From assembly GCA_030066595.1 (NCBI GenBank), contig JASJBI010000061.1:346-64345 (forward strand): a DNA stretch of 64,000 nt, read 5' to 3'. A model generated the notes under the pieces. It had not been told where the DNA came from, ran no database searches, and saw only the letters and a list, made by a program, of their open reading frames with translations. How positions within the stretch are numbered: position 1 is the first letter of the stretch; each line of letters starts with the position of its first letter. Position numbers and translations under genes: made by a program. This document shows positions 52,552 to 61,220 of this stretch, piece by piece. Source of the stretch: Alphaproteobacteria bacterium (GTDB taxonomy: Bacteria > Pseudomonadota > Alphaproteobacteria > JAJFFI01).

Positions 52552-54303
52552 TCAATCAGCCTTTTGCCGCCGGCTTTCATCGACGGCGGCCTGCTCTGCC
52601 TGGCGGCGCGCCTCGATAATGCGGCGCGCGGCCTGGTCGGGGACACCGACACCCATCAACACCATCTCGCCGAGCTGCAGGCTCGCTTCGACGGTCTCGG
52701 GGATCACGTGGCTCGCCCCTTGGGCGATCAGCCGCGCCCCGTGCGCGCGGTCGCGGGCGCGCGCGTAAATGACGAGATCCGGCCAGTGCCGGCGCGCGGT
52801 CTCGACCACCTGCTCCGCCGCATCCGGGCTGTCCATGGTCACCACCAGCGCCGCGGCCCGATCGACGCCGAACCGGCGCAACATGTCCGGATGGCTCGCG
52901 TCGCCGAAGAAGATCCCGGCACCGGCGGCGCGAAATCGCGCGACCAGGTCCGCATCCACGTCGAGCCCGATATAAGGCACGGTCTGGGAAGTCAGCACCG
53001 AGCCGAGCATCTGGCCGACGCGGCCATAGCCGACGAGGATGACATGCCCGGAAAGGCCGACCGGGATGTCGGTGTCGCGCTGGCCGCGGTCCGCTTCCCG
53101 CGTCTCGGCCGCGTGGGCCAAGCGGCGGGCCAAATGGGCCACCGGCGGCGTCGCGATCATCGTCAGGCCGGTGACGATCAGCATGAACTGGGCGGTGTCG
53201 TTGGGCATCAAGCCCAGCCCGAAGGCCATGCCGATGACGACGAAGGCGAACTCGCCGCCCTGGCCCAGCAGCAGGCCGGCTTCGAGCGCCACCGGGCGGG
53301 ACTCGCCGAATGCTCGCGCCAGGGCGTACACGATCGGGCTCTTGATCAGAAACAACCCGAAGACCGAGGCGATCAGCCACAGCGGTTTGGCGGCAACCTG
53401 GGTGATATCGATGCCCATGCCGACCGAGACGAAGAACAGGCCGAGCAGCAGGCCCTTGAACGGTTCGATGTCGACCCCGATTTCGTGCCGGTATTCGGTT
53501 TCGGCGAACAACAGCCCGGCGAGGAAGGCGCCCAACGGCATCGACAGGCCGACTTGTTCGGTGCCGAGCGCGGTGCCGGCGATCACCAGCAGAACGAAGG
53601 CCAGGAACATCTCGCGGCTGGCGGTGCTGCCGACGAAGCGGAAAGCCGGCCGGATCACCAGCCGGCCGATGGCCAGGATGGCGGCGACCGCGACCAGGGC
53701 CTGGCCGATCGCCCGGGCAAAGGCGACCAGCACCGAGGCTTCGGTTTGCGCCGCGAAGGCGCCGACCAGGAACAGGATCGGCAGCACCGCCAGGTCCTGG
53801 CACAGGAGGATGGCAAAGCTCGTGCGCCCCGTCGCCGTGCCCAGGCGGCGGTTCTCGGACAGCAACTGCATGACGATCGCGGTCGAGGACAGCGCGAAGG
53901 CGGCGCCGAGCACGACGGCGGCGGCCCAGGTGTTGTCGAACATCGAGGCGATGGCGGCGATCACCGCACCGGTCACGACGACCTGCGCGCCGCCCAGGCC
54001 GAAGACCCGGCGCCGCATCGCCCACAGCCGGTCGAGCGAGAGCGCGAGCCCGATCATGAACAGCAGGAACACGACGCCCAGTTCGGCCAGGGGGCGGACG
54101 CCGGCCGGGTCGGTGATCACGACATAGCGCAGCCACGGCAACGCGTCGGCAAAGCGCGCCACGCCGTGCGGCCCGATCGCCAGCCCGACGGTCAGAAAGC
54201 CGAACACCGGACTCATTCCCAGGCGACGGACCAGCGGTACGACGATGCCAGCCGCGACGAGAAAAACGATCACCTGGCGGAGATCAAGTGTCTCGACGTG
54301 CAT
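52552..54303 (-). CDS. kefB: Glutathione-regulated K+ efflux / CPA2 monovalent cation:proton antiporter with TrkA-N domain (KefB/KefC-like)
   Basis: ~12 TM Na_H_Exchanger domain + C-terminal Rossmann HVILVGYGRVGQ; ATG 54303 (MHVETLDLRQVIVFL...). Confidence 0.9.
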   Translation of the reverse strand: MHVETLDLRQVIVFLVAAGIVVPLVRRLGMSPVFGFLTVGLAIGPHGVARFADALPWLRYVVITDPAGVRPLAELGVVFLLFMIGLALSLDRLWAMRRRVFGLGGAQVVVTGAVIAAIASMFDNTWAAAVVLGAAFALSSTAIVMQLLSENRRLGTATGRTSFAILLCQDLAVLPILFLVGAFAAQTEASVLVAFARAIGQALVAVAAILAIGRLVIRPAFRFVGSTASREMFLAFVLLVIAGTALGTEQVGLSMPLGAFLAGLLFAETEYRHEIGVDIEPFKGLLLGLFFVSVGMGIDITQVAAKPLWLIASVFGLFLIKSPIVYALARAFGESRPVALEAGLLLGQGGEFAFVVIGMAFGLGLMPNDTAQFMLIVTGLTMIATPPVAHLARRLAHAAETREADRGQRDTDIPVGLSGHVILVGYGRVGQMLGSVLTSQTVPYIGLDVDADLVARFRAAGAGIFFGDASHPDMLRRFGVDRAAALVVTMDSPDAAEQVVETARRHWPDLVIYARARDRAHGARLIAQGASHVIPETVEASLQLGEMVLMGVGVPDQAARRIIEARRQAEQAAVDESRRQKAD

Positions 54304-54574
54304 GAATTTTTCCGATCGTCCTCGGCCCCGTTCCGGTTTAACGCATCTCGGCGACCAAGAGAACGGGGGCATGCCGCTCAATGGGCTCTCCCATGCGACG
54401 GCTGCTCGGGGCCGTTGGTGGCTCGTGAAGCTGGCGACCGAATGCGGGCTTGCCGGCTAGACCGGTCGCTCGGCTGGCAAGGCGACGCCGCACGTCAAGC
54501 GACCGCATTGCGAGCCTGAGCGGCCGTCGGCGCGAGTGTCATTTGACGCTGCTTTGTAGCCAATCCCGGACGTT

Positions 54575-55468
54575 CTACTTCTTGGACTGCGCCGGAATGA
54601 CGTCGAACTTGCCCTCCGTACGCACGTAGATGATGCACGCATCGTCGGCTTCGCACGAAACCTGATGCACCGTCTCTCCCGTCGAGCCGAAATAGCTGCC
54701 CGGCTCCAGGTTGCTGACGTCAGACTCGCCCGACAGCTGGTGACTGGTTTGCCCCTGGATCACCACAGCGCGCAATGACGAGCCATTGCTGCGCAGTTCA
54801 CTGCTAAATCCGGCCGGCAGCTTGACAAATGTCCCGTTCAACTGACCGTCCTGCGGGTTCCCCCAGAGGAAGGCCATCTTTGGTCCGTCGGAAGAGGCCG
54901 GCGTTCCGGGTTGATCGACCCAGGTGGTGTCCGACGCGTCCAGCCAGACAATGTTCGATACGTCCACGTTGACTGGTCTTTCTTTATTCGCAAACGCCTT
55001 GTTTGCAGGAAGGACCCCGAATGCACCCTCAACCTCAATGTACGCCAAGGTGTTCCGGCCTTTGGCAGCGGTGATGTGCACTTCGCCGGCCGGTTGCGTC
55101 CAGAAGGACCCTTTCGGCATCCACATATCCACGGCTTTGGGATCATCGTTGTGAATGAGGCCGCTGATGACCACGCCACGGTAGGCAATGTTGTGAATAT
55201 GAGGTGGCGACCTGAAGCCATCCAACGGCTTAAGAAGAAAGCCCCCAGGACCACGGCCCGTGCGATCGCCCCAAAGGGTGCCAGCCTTTGGGCTTTTGTC
55301 GCCGCGGGCGGGGTTGAGCTGCTCCCACTTGACTTCGGACTTCGGGACAACCTTGGAGGTTGGCCCGGCATCGGGGTCCAAATCGGTGCTTTGGGCTGTG
55401 ACCTGCGCGCTGCCCATGGCGGTCATGGAGAGTGCAAGTGCAAGTGATGGAAGCGTCCTCATACTCAT
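54575..55468 (-). CDS. Secreted cupin-like protein (DUF4437-like), hypothetical
   Basis: Signal peptide [22 protein letters not shown]; two cupin-like halves; family from memory. Confidence 0.5.
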   Translation of the reverse strand: MSMRTLPSLALALSMTAMGSAQVTAQSTDLDPDAGPTSKVVPKSEVKWEQLNPARGDKSPKAGTLWGDRTGRGPGGFLLKPLDGFRSPPHIHNIAYRGVVISGLIHNDDPKAVDMWMPKGSFWTQPAGEVHITAAKGRNTLAYIEVEGAFGVLPANKAFANKERPVNVDVSNIVWLDASDTTWVDQPGTPASSDGPKMAFLWGNPQDGQLNGTFVKLPAGFSSELRSNGSSLRAVVIQGQTSHQLSGESDVSNLEPGSYFGSTGETVHQVSCEADDACIIYVRTEGKFDVIPAQSKK

Positions 55469-55561
55469 GACATTAAAGCCTTTTGACAGGCCGTGACGTA
55501 CGGGCATTTGACACGACAGGAGAAATTGCACAAGTACGCACAGTTTGGGCCCATAGGTGCA

Positions 55562-55759
55562 TTACGGGTCCTGTGGATCAGATCGATGGCACTTTGGCGC
55601 GTCGGCAAAGCGCGCCAACCCGTGCGGACCGATCGCCAGGCCGACGGTCAGAAACCCGAAGACCGGGCTCATGCCGAGGCGACGGACCAGCGGCGCAACG
55701 ATGCCGGCGGCGACGAGAAAGACGATCACCTGGCGTAGTTCAAGTGTCCCGACATCCAT
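55562..55759 (-). pseudogene. Truncated duplicate of the kefB 5' end (first 54 codons plus upstream region)
   Basis: Region 55597-55820 aligns to 54143-54360 at ~85% nt identity; encodes MDVGTLELRQVIVFLVAAGIVAPLVRRLGMSPVFGFLTVGLAIGPHGLARFADA, 48/54 identical to the kefB N-terminus, then diverges to a stop. Confidence 0.6.
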
Positions 55760-55987
55760 GAGTTCTTCCGATCGTCCTCGGACCTGCTCCGGTTTAGCTT
55801 ATCTCGGCGGCCGAAAGAACGGTGGCATCTCGTTCTCCAGAGCGCTATCCGAACGCAAGCGCGGAAGAGCCCGCAATCTGCCGGCCACGGTCCGCGACTT
55901 GTTCCCCCGGATTCCTTCGTTGCCGTCTAGAAGCAGCCGAGAGCGCCGATCAAGGACCGGTCAACGGCTGCAGAAGAGGACGCGCCG

Positions 55988-56078
55988 ATGGGAGCTGATC
56001 GAGGCGCCGGTCGGGCTCCTCTTTACCAGCCCCAAGCGCGACGACATCATCCAGGTGCGGGATCCCTTCCAGGATTGA
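55988..56078 (+). pseudogene. Degenerate duplicate of the purA 3' end (last ~29 codons)
   Basis: WELIEAPVGLLFTSPKRDDIIQVRDPFQD-stop matches the purA C-terminus [28 protein letters not shown]-stop (22/29 identical, same stop context). Confidence 0.45.
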
Positions 56079-56264
56079 GCCGCCCTACTCGGGCAGTTGG
56101 AGCCGCGCGAGGGCCAAATGCATTCCGCCCTGCGCCCAAGGGCGGACGCCAGGCTTTGGCGGCCCGAACTTCGGCTTGTCGCCAAGCCCAGGTCTTTCGA
56201 GGACTACCGAGCGACGATCAAGCAAACCCGGGTCGACGAAAATATGCGGCCAGCGGGTTTTCAG

Positions 56265-57221
56265 TCACTTGCTTCGCTCCAACAAGGCGTCGAGGTTGAC
56301 GAAGCATTGCGCCAGGCCTTCCTCCATCGGCGATTTGAGTACCGCGTCCCGTGCCTCGCGCGAAGAATACAAGATTGACGTGGTAACGATGGTCTCGCCT
56401 CTTGTTTCTTCAAAGATAGTGGTGACGACCGTTTCACCTCCCGTCCAATCTTCGTCAAACCGTTCCGTATGGACAATTCGTTCGGTGGGAACGATCTCGC
56501 GATAAAGGCCGCCTGCTCCCATCTCATGTCCGTCCGTCAGCCGCCATACGTATCGCCAGGCGCCGCCAACGCGGAAGTCCATTTCACAAATGGGCATCGT
56601 GTGACCCTCCGGTCCGGTCATCCATTGGCGGATCAGCTCCGGCTCTGCGTAAGCCCGCCATACCAGGTCGCGTGGCGCATTGAAGGTTCGCGACATGGTG
56701 ATTTCGCGGTCGGATGGCGTCGCCAGGACCAAAGAGCGGCTGCCGCCTTTGGGCGCGAGGGATCGCAAATGCCTGGCGACGGTGTCGAAAGCCCCGGACC
56801 ACCCGTCTTCATGCCCATCGCGGGACTCGAGAGACGAGAAACCCGTTTGACGAAAATGCATGGCGGTCTTTCCGGATTTCTCCTCCTTGAGGGTGACAGT
56901 CACCAGAGTCTCATGACCGAATTCTCCGGTTTCGTCCCTCCATGCATGGGTGAAAACGAGTCTGGTCGGGGCTTCAATCTCACGATACTCGCCGCCACAG
57001 ACGTGCTCTGCGCCTTCTGGAGAGCGCATTCTTGTCAGCCAGCGCCCGTTCGGTCGAAGGTCGCCTTCGACGTGCGTGACGACGAATCCGGAAGGGCAGA
57101 TCCATTTCTGAAGATGGCTGGGATCCGTCCAGACCTGCCAGACCAGGTGCAACTCCGCATCGAAGATGCGCCTGATCACCAGCTCCAGTTCCGCAGGCTG
57201 TTGTTCTGCTCCAATGCTCAT
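56265..57221 (-). CDS. Tandem SRPBCC / AHSA1 (Aha1-like) domain protein
   Basis: Two START/Bet v1-like repeats (ELVIRRIFDAELHLVWQVWTDPSHLQKW...; ITMSRTFNAPRDLVWRAYAEPELIRQW...); typical ArsR partner. Confidence 0.75.
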   Translation of the reverse strand: MSIGAEQQPAELELVIRRIFDAELHLVWQVWTDPSHLQKWICPSGFVVTHVEGDLRPNGRWLTRMRSPEGAEHVCGGEYREIEAPTRLVFTHAWRDETGEFGHETLVTVTLKEEKSGKTAMHFRQTGFSSLESRDGHEDGWSGAFDTVARHLRSLAPKGGSRSLVLATPSDREITMSRTFNAPRDLVWRAYAEPELIRQWMTGPEGHTMPICEMDFRVGGAWRYVWRLTDGHEMGAGGLYREIVPTERIVHTERFDEDWTGGETVVTTIFEETRGETIVTTSILYSSREARDAVLKSPMEEGLAQCFVNLDALLERSK

Positions 57222-57556
57222 TTGGGATCGTCCTTCCGTTTAAGCTCCGCCAAAACGTGATCGAGCTGATCGAAACGTTCTTCCCAAAACCGTCGATACA
57301 CGTTCAACCATTCCGTGGCTTCGGCCAGCGGCTGCGCCTCCAGGCGCACCGGTCGTTTCTGGGCGTCCCGACCGCGTGAAACGAGGCCAGCCTTTTCAAG
57401 CACTTTCAAATGCTTGGAAATCGCCGGTTGGCTCATGTCGAACGGTTCTGCCAACTCATTGACGGTGGCTTCCCCAAGTGTCAGGCGCGCCAGAATCGCT
57501 CTGCGCGTGGGATCGGCAAGTGCCGCAAAAGTGGAATTCAGGTGGGTTGTATGCAT
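57218..57556 (-). CDS. ArsR/SmtB family transcriptional regulator
   Basis: FAALADPTRRAILARLTLGEATVNELAEPFDMSQPAISKHLKVLEKAGLV; ATGA overlap with the downstream SRPBCC gene. Confidence 0.85.
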   Translation of the reverse strand: MHTTHLNSTFAALADPTRRAILARLTLGEATVNELAEPFDMSQPAISKHLKVLEKAGLVSRGRDAQKRPVRLEAQPLAEATEWLNVYRRFWEERFDQLDHVLAELKRKDDPK

Positions 57557-57600
57557 ATTTATAACCAATCATTTATATAACTGGTTGTTTATATAAAGGC
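57557..57600. promoter_or_regulatory. AT-rich divergent promoter with three copies of TTTATA(T)AA spaced ~15 nt apart (candidate ArsR operator)
   Basis: atATTTATAAccaatcATTTATATAActggttgtTTATATAAagg in a 68% GC genome, between the ArsR start and the type III PKS. Confidence 0.35.
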
Positions 57601-57841
57601 TGTTTTGCTGCGTGTCAACAGAGATCCCGAGGGCTGCTGAAAATCAAACCCGGCCGTTCGCTCACCCGGTTCCTTTGATCCCCGAGGGCCGGTGAGCGCA
57701 CAACGCGACGATCCGCGACGGAACAAATCGAACTCGTGAGGCCTTGGCGACACAGCGGCACTTCGCGCGATTGTGTACCAATCGCCGCAACGGGACGCAT
57801 ATATAACGGTGGGTTCGGAGAATGGAGGGTGGGGACAGCCC

Positions 57842-58888
57842 ATGGTCCACAACCCACGCCTGCTGGCGCTCGCCACCGCCGTGCCGCCGCATGTCTTCAA
57901 CCAACGGGACGTGATGGAGGCGGTGCACATCGAATGGATCGGGCCCGGCGAGAACATGGAGCGCCTCTTGCCCGTGTTCGACAACGCGGGCATCGACACG
58001 CGGCACTCCTGCATCCCCATGGACTGGCTGCGCGAGGACCGGAACTGGCCCGACCGCAGCGCCGCCTATGTCGAGGGCGCGGTCGAGCTCTTGGAGCGCA
58101 CCGCGCTGGACTGCCTGGCGCAGGCCGGGCTCGCCGTCGACGAGATCGACGCCATCGTCACCGTCTCGACCACGGGCGTCACCACGCCCAGCCTGGACGC
58201 GCTTCTGGTCGAACGCCTCGGCATGCGCCGCAACATCACGCGCCTGCCGATCTTCGGGCTCGGCTGCGCCGGCGGGGTTCTCGGCCTCGGGCGGGCCGCG
58301 GCGCTGGCCCAAGCCATGCCGGGCGCCCGCGTGCTGTTGCTGGTGGTCGAGCTCTGCGTCCTGACCTTCCGCAAGGGCGACAAGTCCAAGAGCAACATCA
58401 TCGCCACCGCGCTCTTCGGCGACGGCGCGGCGGGCGCGATCCTGAACTGCGCCGGCGAGGGGCCGAGCCTGGTCTCCTGGGGCGAGCACACCTGGCCGGG
58501 CTCGCTCGACGTGATGGGCTGGCGGATCGAGCCGGACGGCTTCGGCGTCCTGTTCTCGCGCGACATCCCCGAGCTGATCCGGACCCAGTTCCGCCCGGCG
58601 CTGGACGGCTATCTCACCGATGCCGCCCATGCGCTCGCCGACTATGACGCCTTCGTCTGCCACCCCGGCGGCACCAAGGTGGTGGCCGCGCTCGAGGAGA
58701 CCCTGGAACTGCAGACCGGCAGCATGACCCATGCGCGCACGGTCCTGCGCGACTACGGCAACATGTCCGCCGCGACCGTGTTCTTCGTGCTCGAGCGCAC
58801 CCTCGAGGCCGGCAGCCGCGGGCGGCATTTGCTGTCGGCCCTGGGGCCCGGCTTCTCCGCGGGCTTTCTCACCATGGACGTGCCGTGA
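57842..58888 (+). CDS. Type III polyketide synthase (chalcone/stilbene synthase superfamily; BpsA/SrsA/ArsB-like)
   Basis: Catalytic Cys in PIFGLGCAGG, His in FVCHPGGTKV, Asn in YGNMSAATVFFVL; thiolase fold; start ATG 57842 (MVHNPRLLALATAVPPH). Confidence 0.9.
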   Translation: MVHNPRLLALATAVPPHVFNQRDVMEAVHIEWIGPGENMERLLPVFDNAGIDTRHSCIPMDWLREDRNWPDRSAAYVEGAVELLERTALDCLAQAGLAVDEIDAIVTVSTTGVTTPSLDALLVERLGMRRNITRLPIFGLGCAGGVLGLGRAAALAQAMPGARVLLLVVELCVLTFRKGDKSKSNIIATALFGDGAAGAILNCAGEGPSLVSWGEHTWPGSLDVMGWRIEPDGFGVLFSRDIPELIRTQFRPALDGYLTDAAHALADYDAFVCHPGGTKVVAALEETLELQTGSMTHARTVLRDYGNMSAATVFFVLERTLEAGSRGRHLLSALGPGFSAGFLTMDVP

Positions 58889-59403
58889 GCCTGGGTCTGA
58901 GCTGGGGCTTCGCCGACTGGATCGTGTTGCTGGTCGCGGTCCAGCGGCTCTGCGAGCTGGCCTATTCCCGGCGCAACGCCCAGCGGCTGATCGCCGAAGG
59001 CGGCTACGAGGTCGGCGCCGGCCACTACCCGGTACTGATCGCCATCCATGTGGGCTGGCTCGTCGCCATGAGCCTGCTGATCCCCGCGGACGCGCCGATC
59101 TTCTGGTGGCTGCTCGCCCTCTACGCGTTCCTGCAGGTGGCGCGTTACTGGGTGATCGGCAGCCTGGGGCGCTATTGGACGACCCGCATCATCACCCTGC
59201 CCACGGCACCCCTGGTCACGCGCGGCCCCTACCGCTATGTGCGCCACCCGAACTATCTGGTCCTGGTCGGCGAGCTGGCGGTCCTGCCGCTGGCCTTCGG
59301 CGCCTGGGAGATCGCGCTGGTGTTCTCGGTGCTGAACGCCGGCATCCTCTGGCACCGCATCCGCATTGAAGAGCAGGCGCTCGACCCGCGGGCGGCCGAG
59401 TAG
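58885..59403 (+). CDS. ICMT/PEMT-family membrane methyltransferase (BpsB/SrsB-like O-methyltransferase)
   Basis: 4 TM, C-terminal RGPYRYVRHPNYLVLVGE is the isoprenylcysteine carboxyl methyltransferase signature; GTG overlaps the PKS stop (GTGA). Confidence 0.8.
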   Translation: MSLGLSWGFADWIVLLVAVQRLCELAYSRRNAQRLIAEGGYEVGAGHYPVLIAIHVGWLVAMSLLIPADAPIFWWLLALYAFLQVARYWVIGSLGRYWTTRIITLPTAPLVTRGPYRYVRHPNYLVLVGELAVLPLAFGAWEIALVFSVLNAGILWHRIRIEEQALDPRAAE

Positions 59404-59468
59404 GGCCATTTACGCCAAGAATTTGCTGAAACGACCCGGGCCGCGCCCTGCGTCCTTCGACGGCCGCG

Positions 59469-59550
59469 CTTCATCCTTCGAGACGCCGCCTTCATCCTGA
59501 GGAGGCCTGAAAGGCCGTCTCGAAGGAGAAGGCGGCTCCTCAGGATGAAG
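59469..59550. repeat. Interleaved inverted-repeat element between convergent genes
   Basis: CCTTCGAGACG (59475-85) pairs with CGTCTCGAAGG (59517-27); CTTCATCCTGAGGAG (59490-504) pairs with CTCCTCAGGATGAAG (59536-50); direct repeat CTTCATCCT x2. Confidence 0.5.
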
Positions 59551-59610
59551 TGGTTCGTTCAGGCTGAAGAAGCCCTGTGCCTCCGGTCGCTGATTGCGCA
59601 CTTGCCGCTC

Positions 59611-60078
59611 TCAGTAACCGAGACGGACAACGACCTCGGTGGCCGGGTCCGTCACCTCGACGAGGGCGTCTTCGAAGTCGGGCGGGCCGAGGAAGCCCCG
59701 GGCCGTATTGCTGAAACCGTAGCCTTCGACCGGCACGCCGAGGAAGTTCCGGTCGAGCCGGCCATCCGAATTGGCGTCGTGGAACACGATCACCGCGTAG
59801 CGGCCCGGCGGGAGGTCATTGAAGGTAACGTTACGGCCGCGTGCCGCCGCCTTGAGCGCCGCCCCCGCCAGGCGGTCGCGATCCTTAATGAAGCCGTCCG
59901 GCCGGTCGTACAGCTCGAGCGCCCGGTCGAAACCCGGCTCGCTGTCGTAAACCCCGATCATGAGCACGCCGTCGGTCGATTGGACGCCCTCGATGCGCAG
60001 CCGGAGGTCCGCGGCGGCCGCCTGCACCGCCCAGAAGAGAGCCGCCGCCAAAACCGCGGTCGGCCCGGTCATGCGCAT
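59611..60078 (-). CDS. DUF2141 family secreted protein (paralog 2)
   Basis: Signal peptide MRMTGPTAVLAAALFWAVQAAAA; HDANSDGRLDRNFLGVPVEGYGFSNT is the DUF2141 signature; only the C-terminal 155 aa of track ORF 59611..60732 are accepted. Confidence 0.6.
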   Translation of the reverse strand: MRMTGPTAVLAAALFWAVQAAAADLRLRIEGVQSTDGVLMIGVYDSEPGFDRALELYDRPDGFIKDRDRLAGAALKAAARGRNVTFNDLPPGRYAVIVFHDANSDGRLDRNFLGVPVEGYGFSNTARGFLGPPDFEDALVEVTDPATEVVVRLGY

Positions 60079-60096
60079 GGGCGAACGTCCGGGCAA

Positions 60097-60135
60097 AGCA
60101 AAGCCGGACCCATACGAGGCCCGGCTTGCTGATAC
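60097..60135 (-). terminator. Candidate intrinsic terminator downstream of rpoH
   Basis: Minus strand AGCCGG-n13-CCGGCT stem followed by TTGCTTTGCC. Confidence 0.35.
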
Positions 60136-60152
60136 AGCATGGAGACGTCCCG

Positions 60153-61055
60153 CTAGGAGGCCGCTTCGGTCTCCAGGTGGCGTTCCACGACCTGGTTCTT
60201 CATCGCCTTCTGCAGCTTCTCGAAGGCGCGCACCTCGATCTGGCGCACCCGCTCGCGGGAGATGCCGTATTCCTGGCTCAACTCCTCGAGCGTCGTGGGG
60301 TCGTCCTTGAGGCGGCGCTCGGTCAGGATGTGGCGCTCGCGCTGGTTCAGGCCCTTCATCGCCTTGGTCAACATCTCGCGCCGGTCGCTGAGCTCCTGCT
60401 GGTCGGCGATCTGGATCTCGTGGCTCTCGCTCTCGTCGACCAGCCAGTCCTGCCACTCGCCCTCGCTCTCGGTCCTGAGCGGCGCGTTCAGGGAGTGGTC
60501 GGGCGCGGCGAGCCGGGCGTTCATGGACACAACGTCCGCCTCGGGCACGTTCAGCTCGGTCGCGATTTTGGTGACGTTCTCGGGCGAGAGATCGCCTTCC
60601 TCGAAGGCCTGCAGCTTGCCCTTGAGCTTGCGCAGGTTGAAGAACAGCTTCTTCTGGGCCGCGGTGGTGCCCATCTTGACCAGCGACCAGGAATGCAGGA
60701 TGTACTCCTGGATCGAGGCCCGGATCCACCACATGGCATAGGTGGCCAGACGGAAGCCGCGGTCCGGATCGAAGCGCTTGACCGCCTGCATCATGCCGAC
60801 ATTGCCTTCGGAGATGAGCTCGGCCAGGGGCAGGCCGTAGCCGCGATAGCCCATGGCGATCTTCGCCACCAGGCGGAGATGGCTGGTGACCAGCTTGTGC
60901 GCCGCCTCGATATCGCCGTGCTCGCGCCAGCGCTTGGCCAGCATGAACTCTTCCTCGGGCTCGAGCATGGGGAACTTGCGGATCTCCTGGAGATACCGCG
61001 ACAGATTCCCTTCCGGCGTCAGAGTCGGAATTGCGGGCATGACATCTGTGGTCAT
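60153..61055 (-). CDS. rpoH: RNA polymerase sigma-32 factor RpoH
   Basis: GNLSRYLQEIRKFPMLEPEEE, the RpoH box QRERHILTERRLKDDPTTLEELSQEYGISRERVRQIE, and regions 2.x and 4.2; start ATG 61055 with an AAGGAG Shine-Dalgarno. Confidence 0.92.
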   Translation of the reverse strand: MTTDVMPAIPTLTPEGNLSRYLQEIRKFPMLEPEEEFMLAKRWREHGDIEAAHKLVTSHLRLVAKIAMGYRGYGLPLAELISEGNVGMMQAVKRFDPDRGFRLATYAMWWIRASIQEYILHSWSLVKMGTTAAQKKLFFNLRKLKGKLQAFEEGDLSPENVTKIATELNVPEADVVSMNARLAAPDHSLNAPLRTESEGEWQDWLVDESESHEIQIADQQELSDRREMLTKAMKGLNQRERHILTERRLKDDPTTLEELSQEYGISRERVRQIEVRAFEKLQKAMKNQVVERHLETEAAS

Positions 61056-61220
61056 ACGTTTACTGCTCCTTTTCCCCCGCTCTTGCGTTGGCGGCACATC
61101 ACCCTTGCCATCGGCCCTGTCATTGGCGCCCATGGTCTCTCACTGCCGAGATATGAGGTGAGATCGGAATGTGACCATACCTTATATAAGGATACATGAA
61201 GGGTTAAAAAAGAGCAAACT
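61056..61220 (-). promoter_or_regulatory. Unusually AT-rich rpoH upstream region containing the perfect 12-bp palindrome CCTTATATAAGG (61180-61191)
   Basis: Seen directly; ~125 nt upstream of the rpoH start, downstream of the rluD stop. Confidence 0.35.

Noticed and set aside
55557-56078. 173-aa plus-strand ORF
   Set aside because: Artefact frame spanning the kefB-fragment antisense and the purA 3' fragment; only its last ~29 codons resemble a real protein (PurA C-terminus).
60079-60732. N-terminal 218 aa of ORF 59611..60732
   Set aside because: Antisense to rpoH; only the C-terminal DUF2141 portion starting at ATG 60078 is protein-like.
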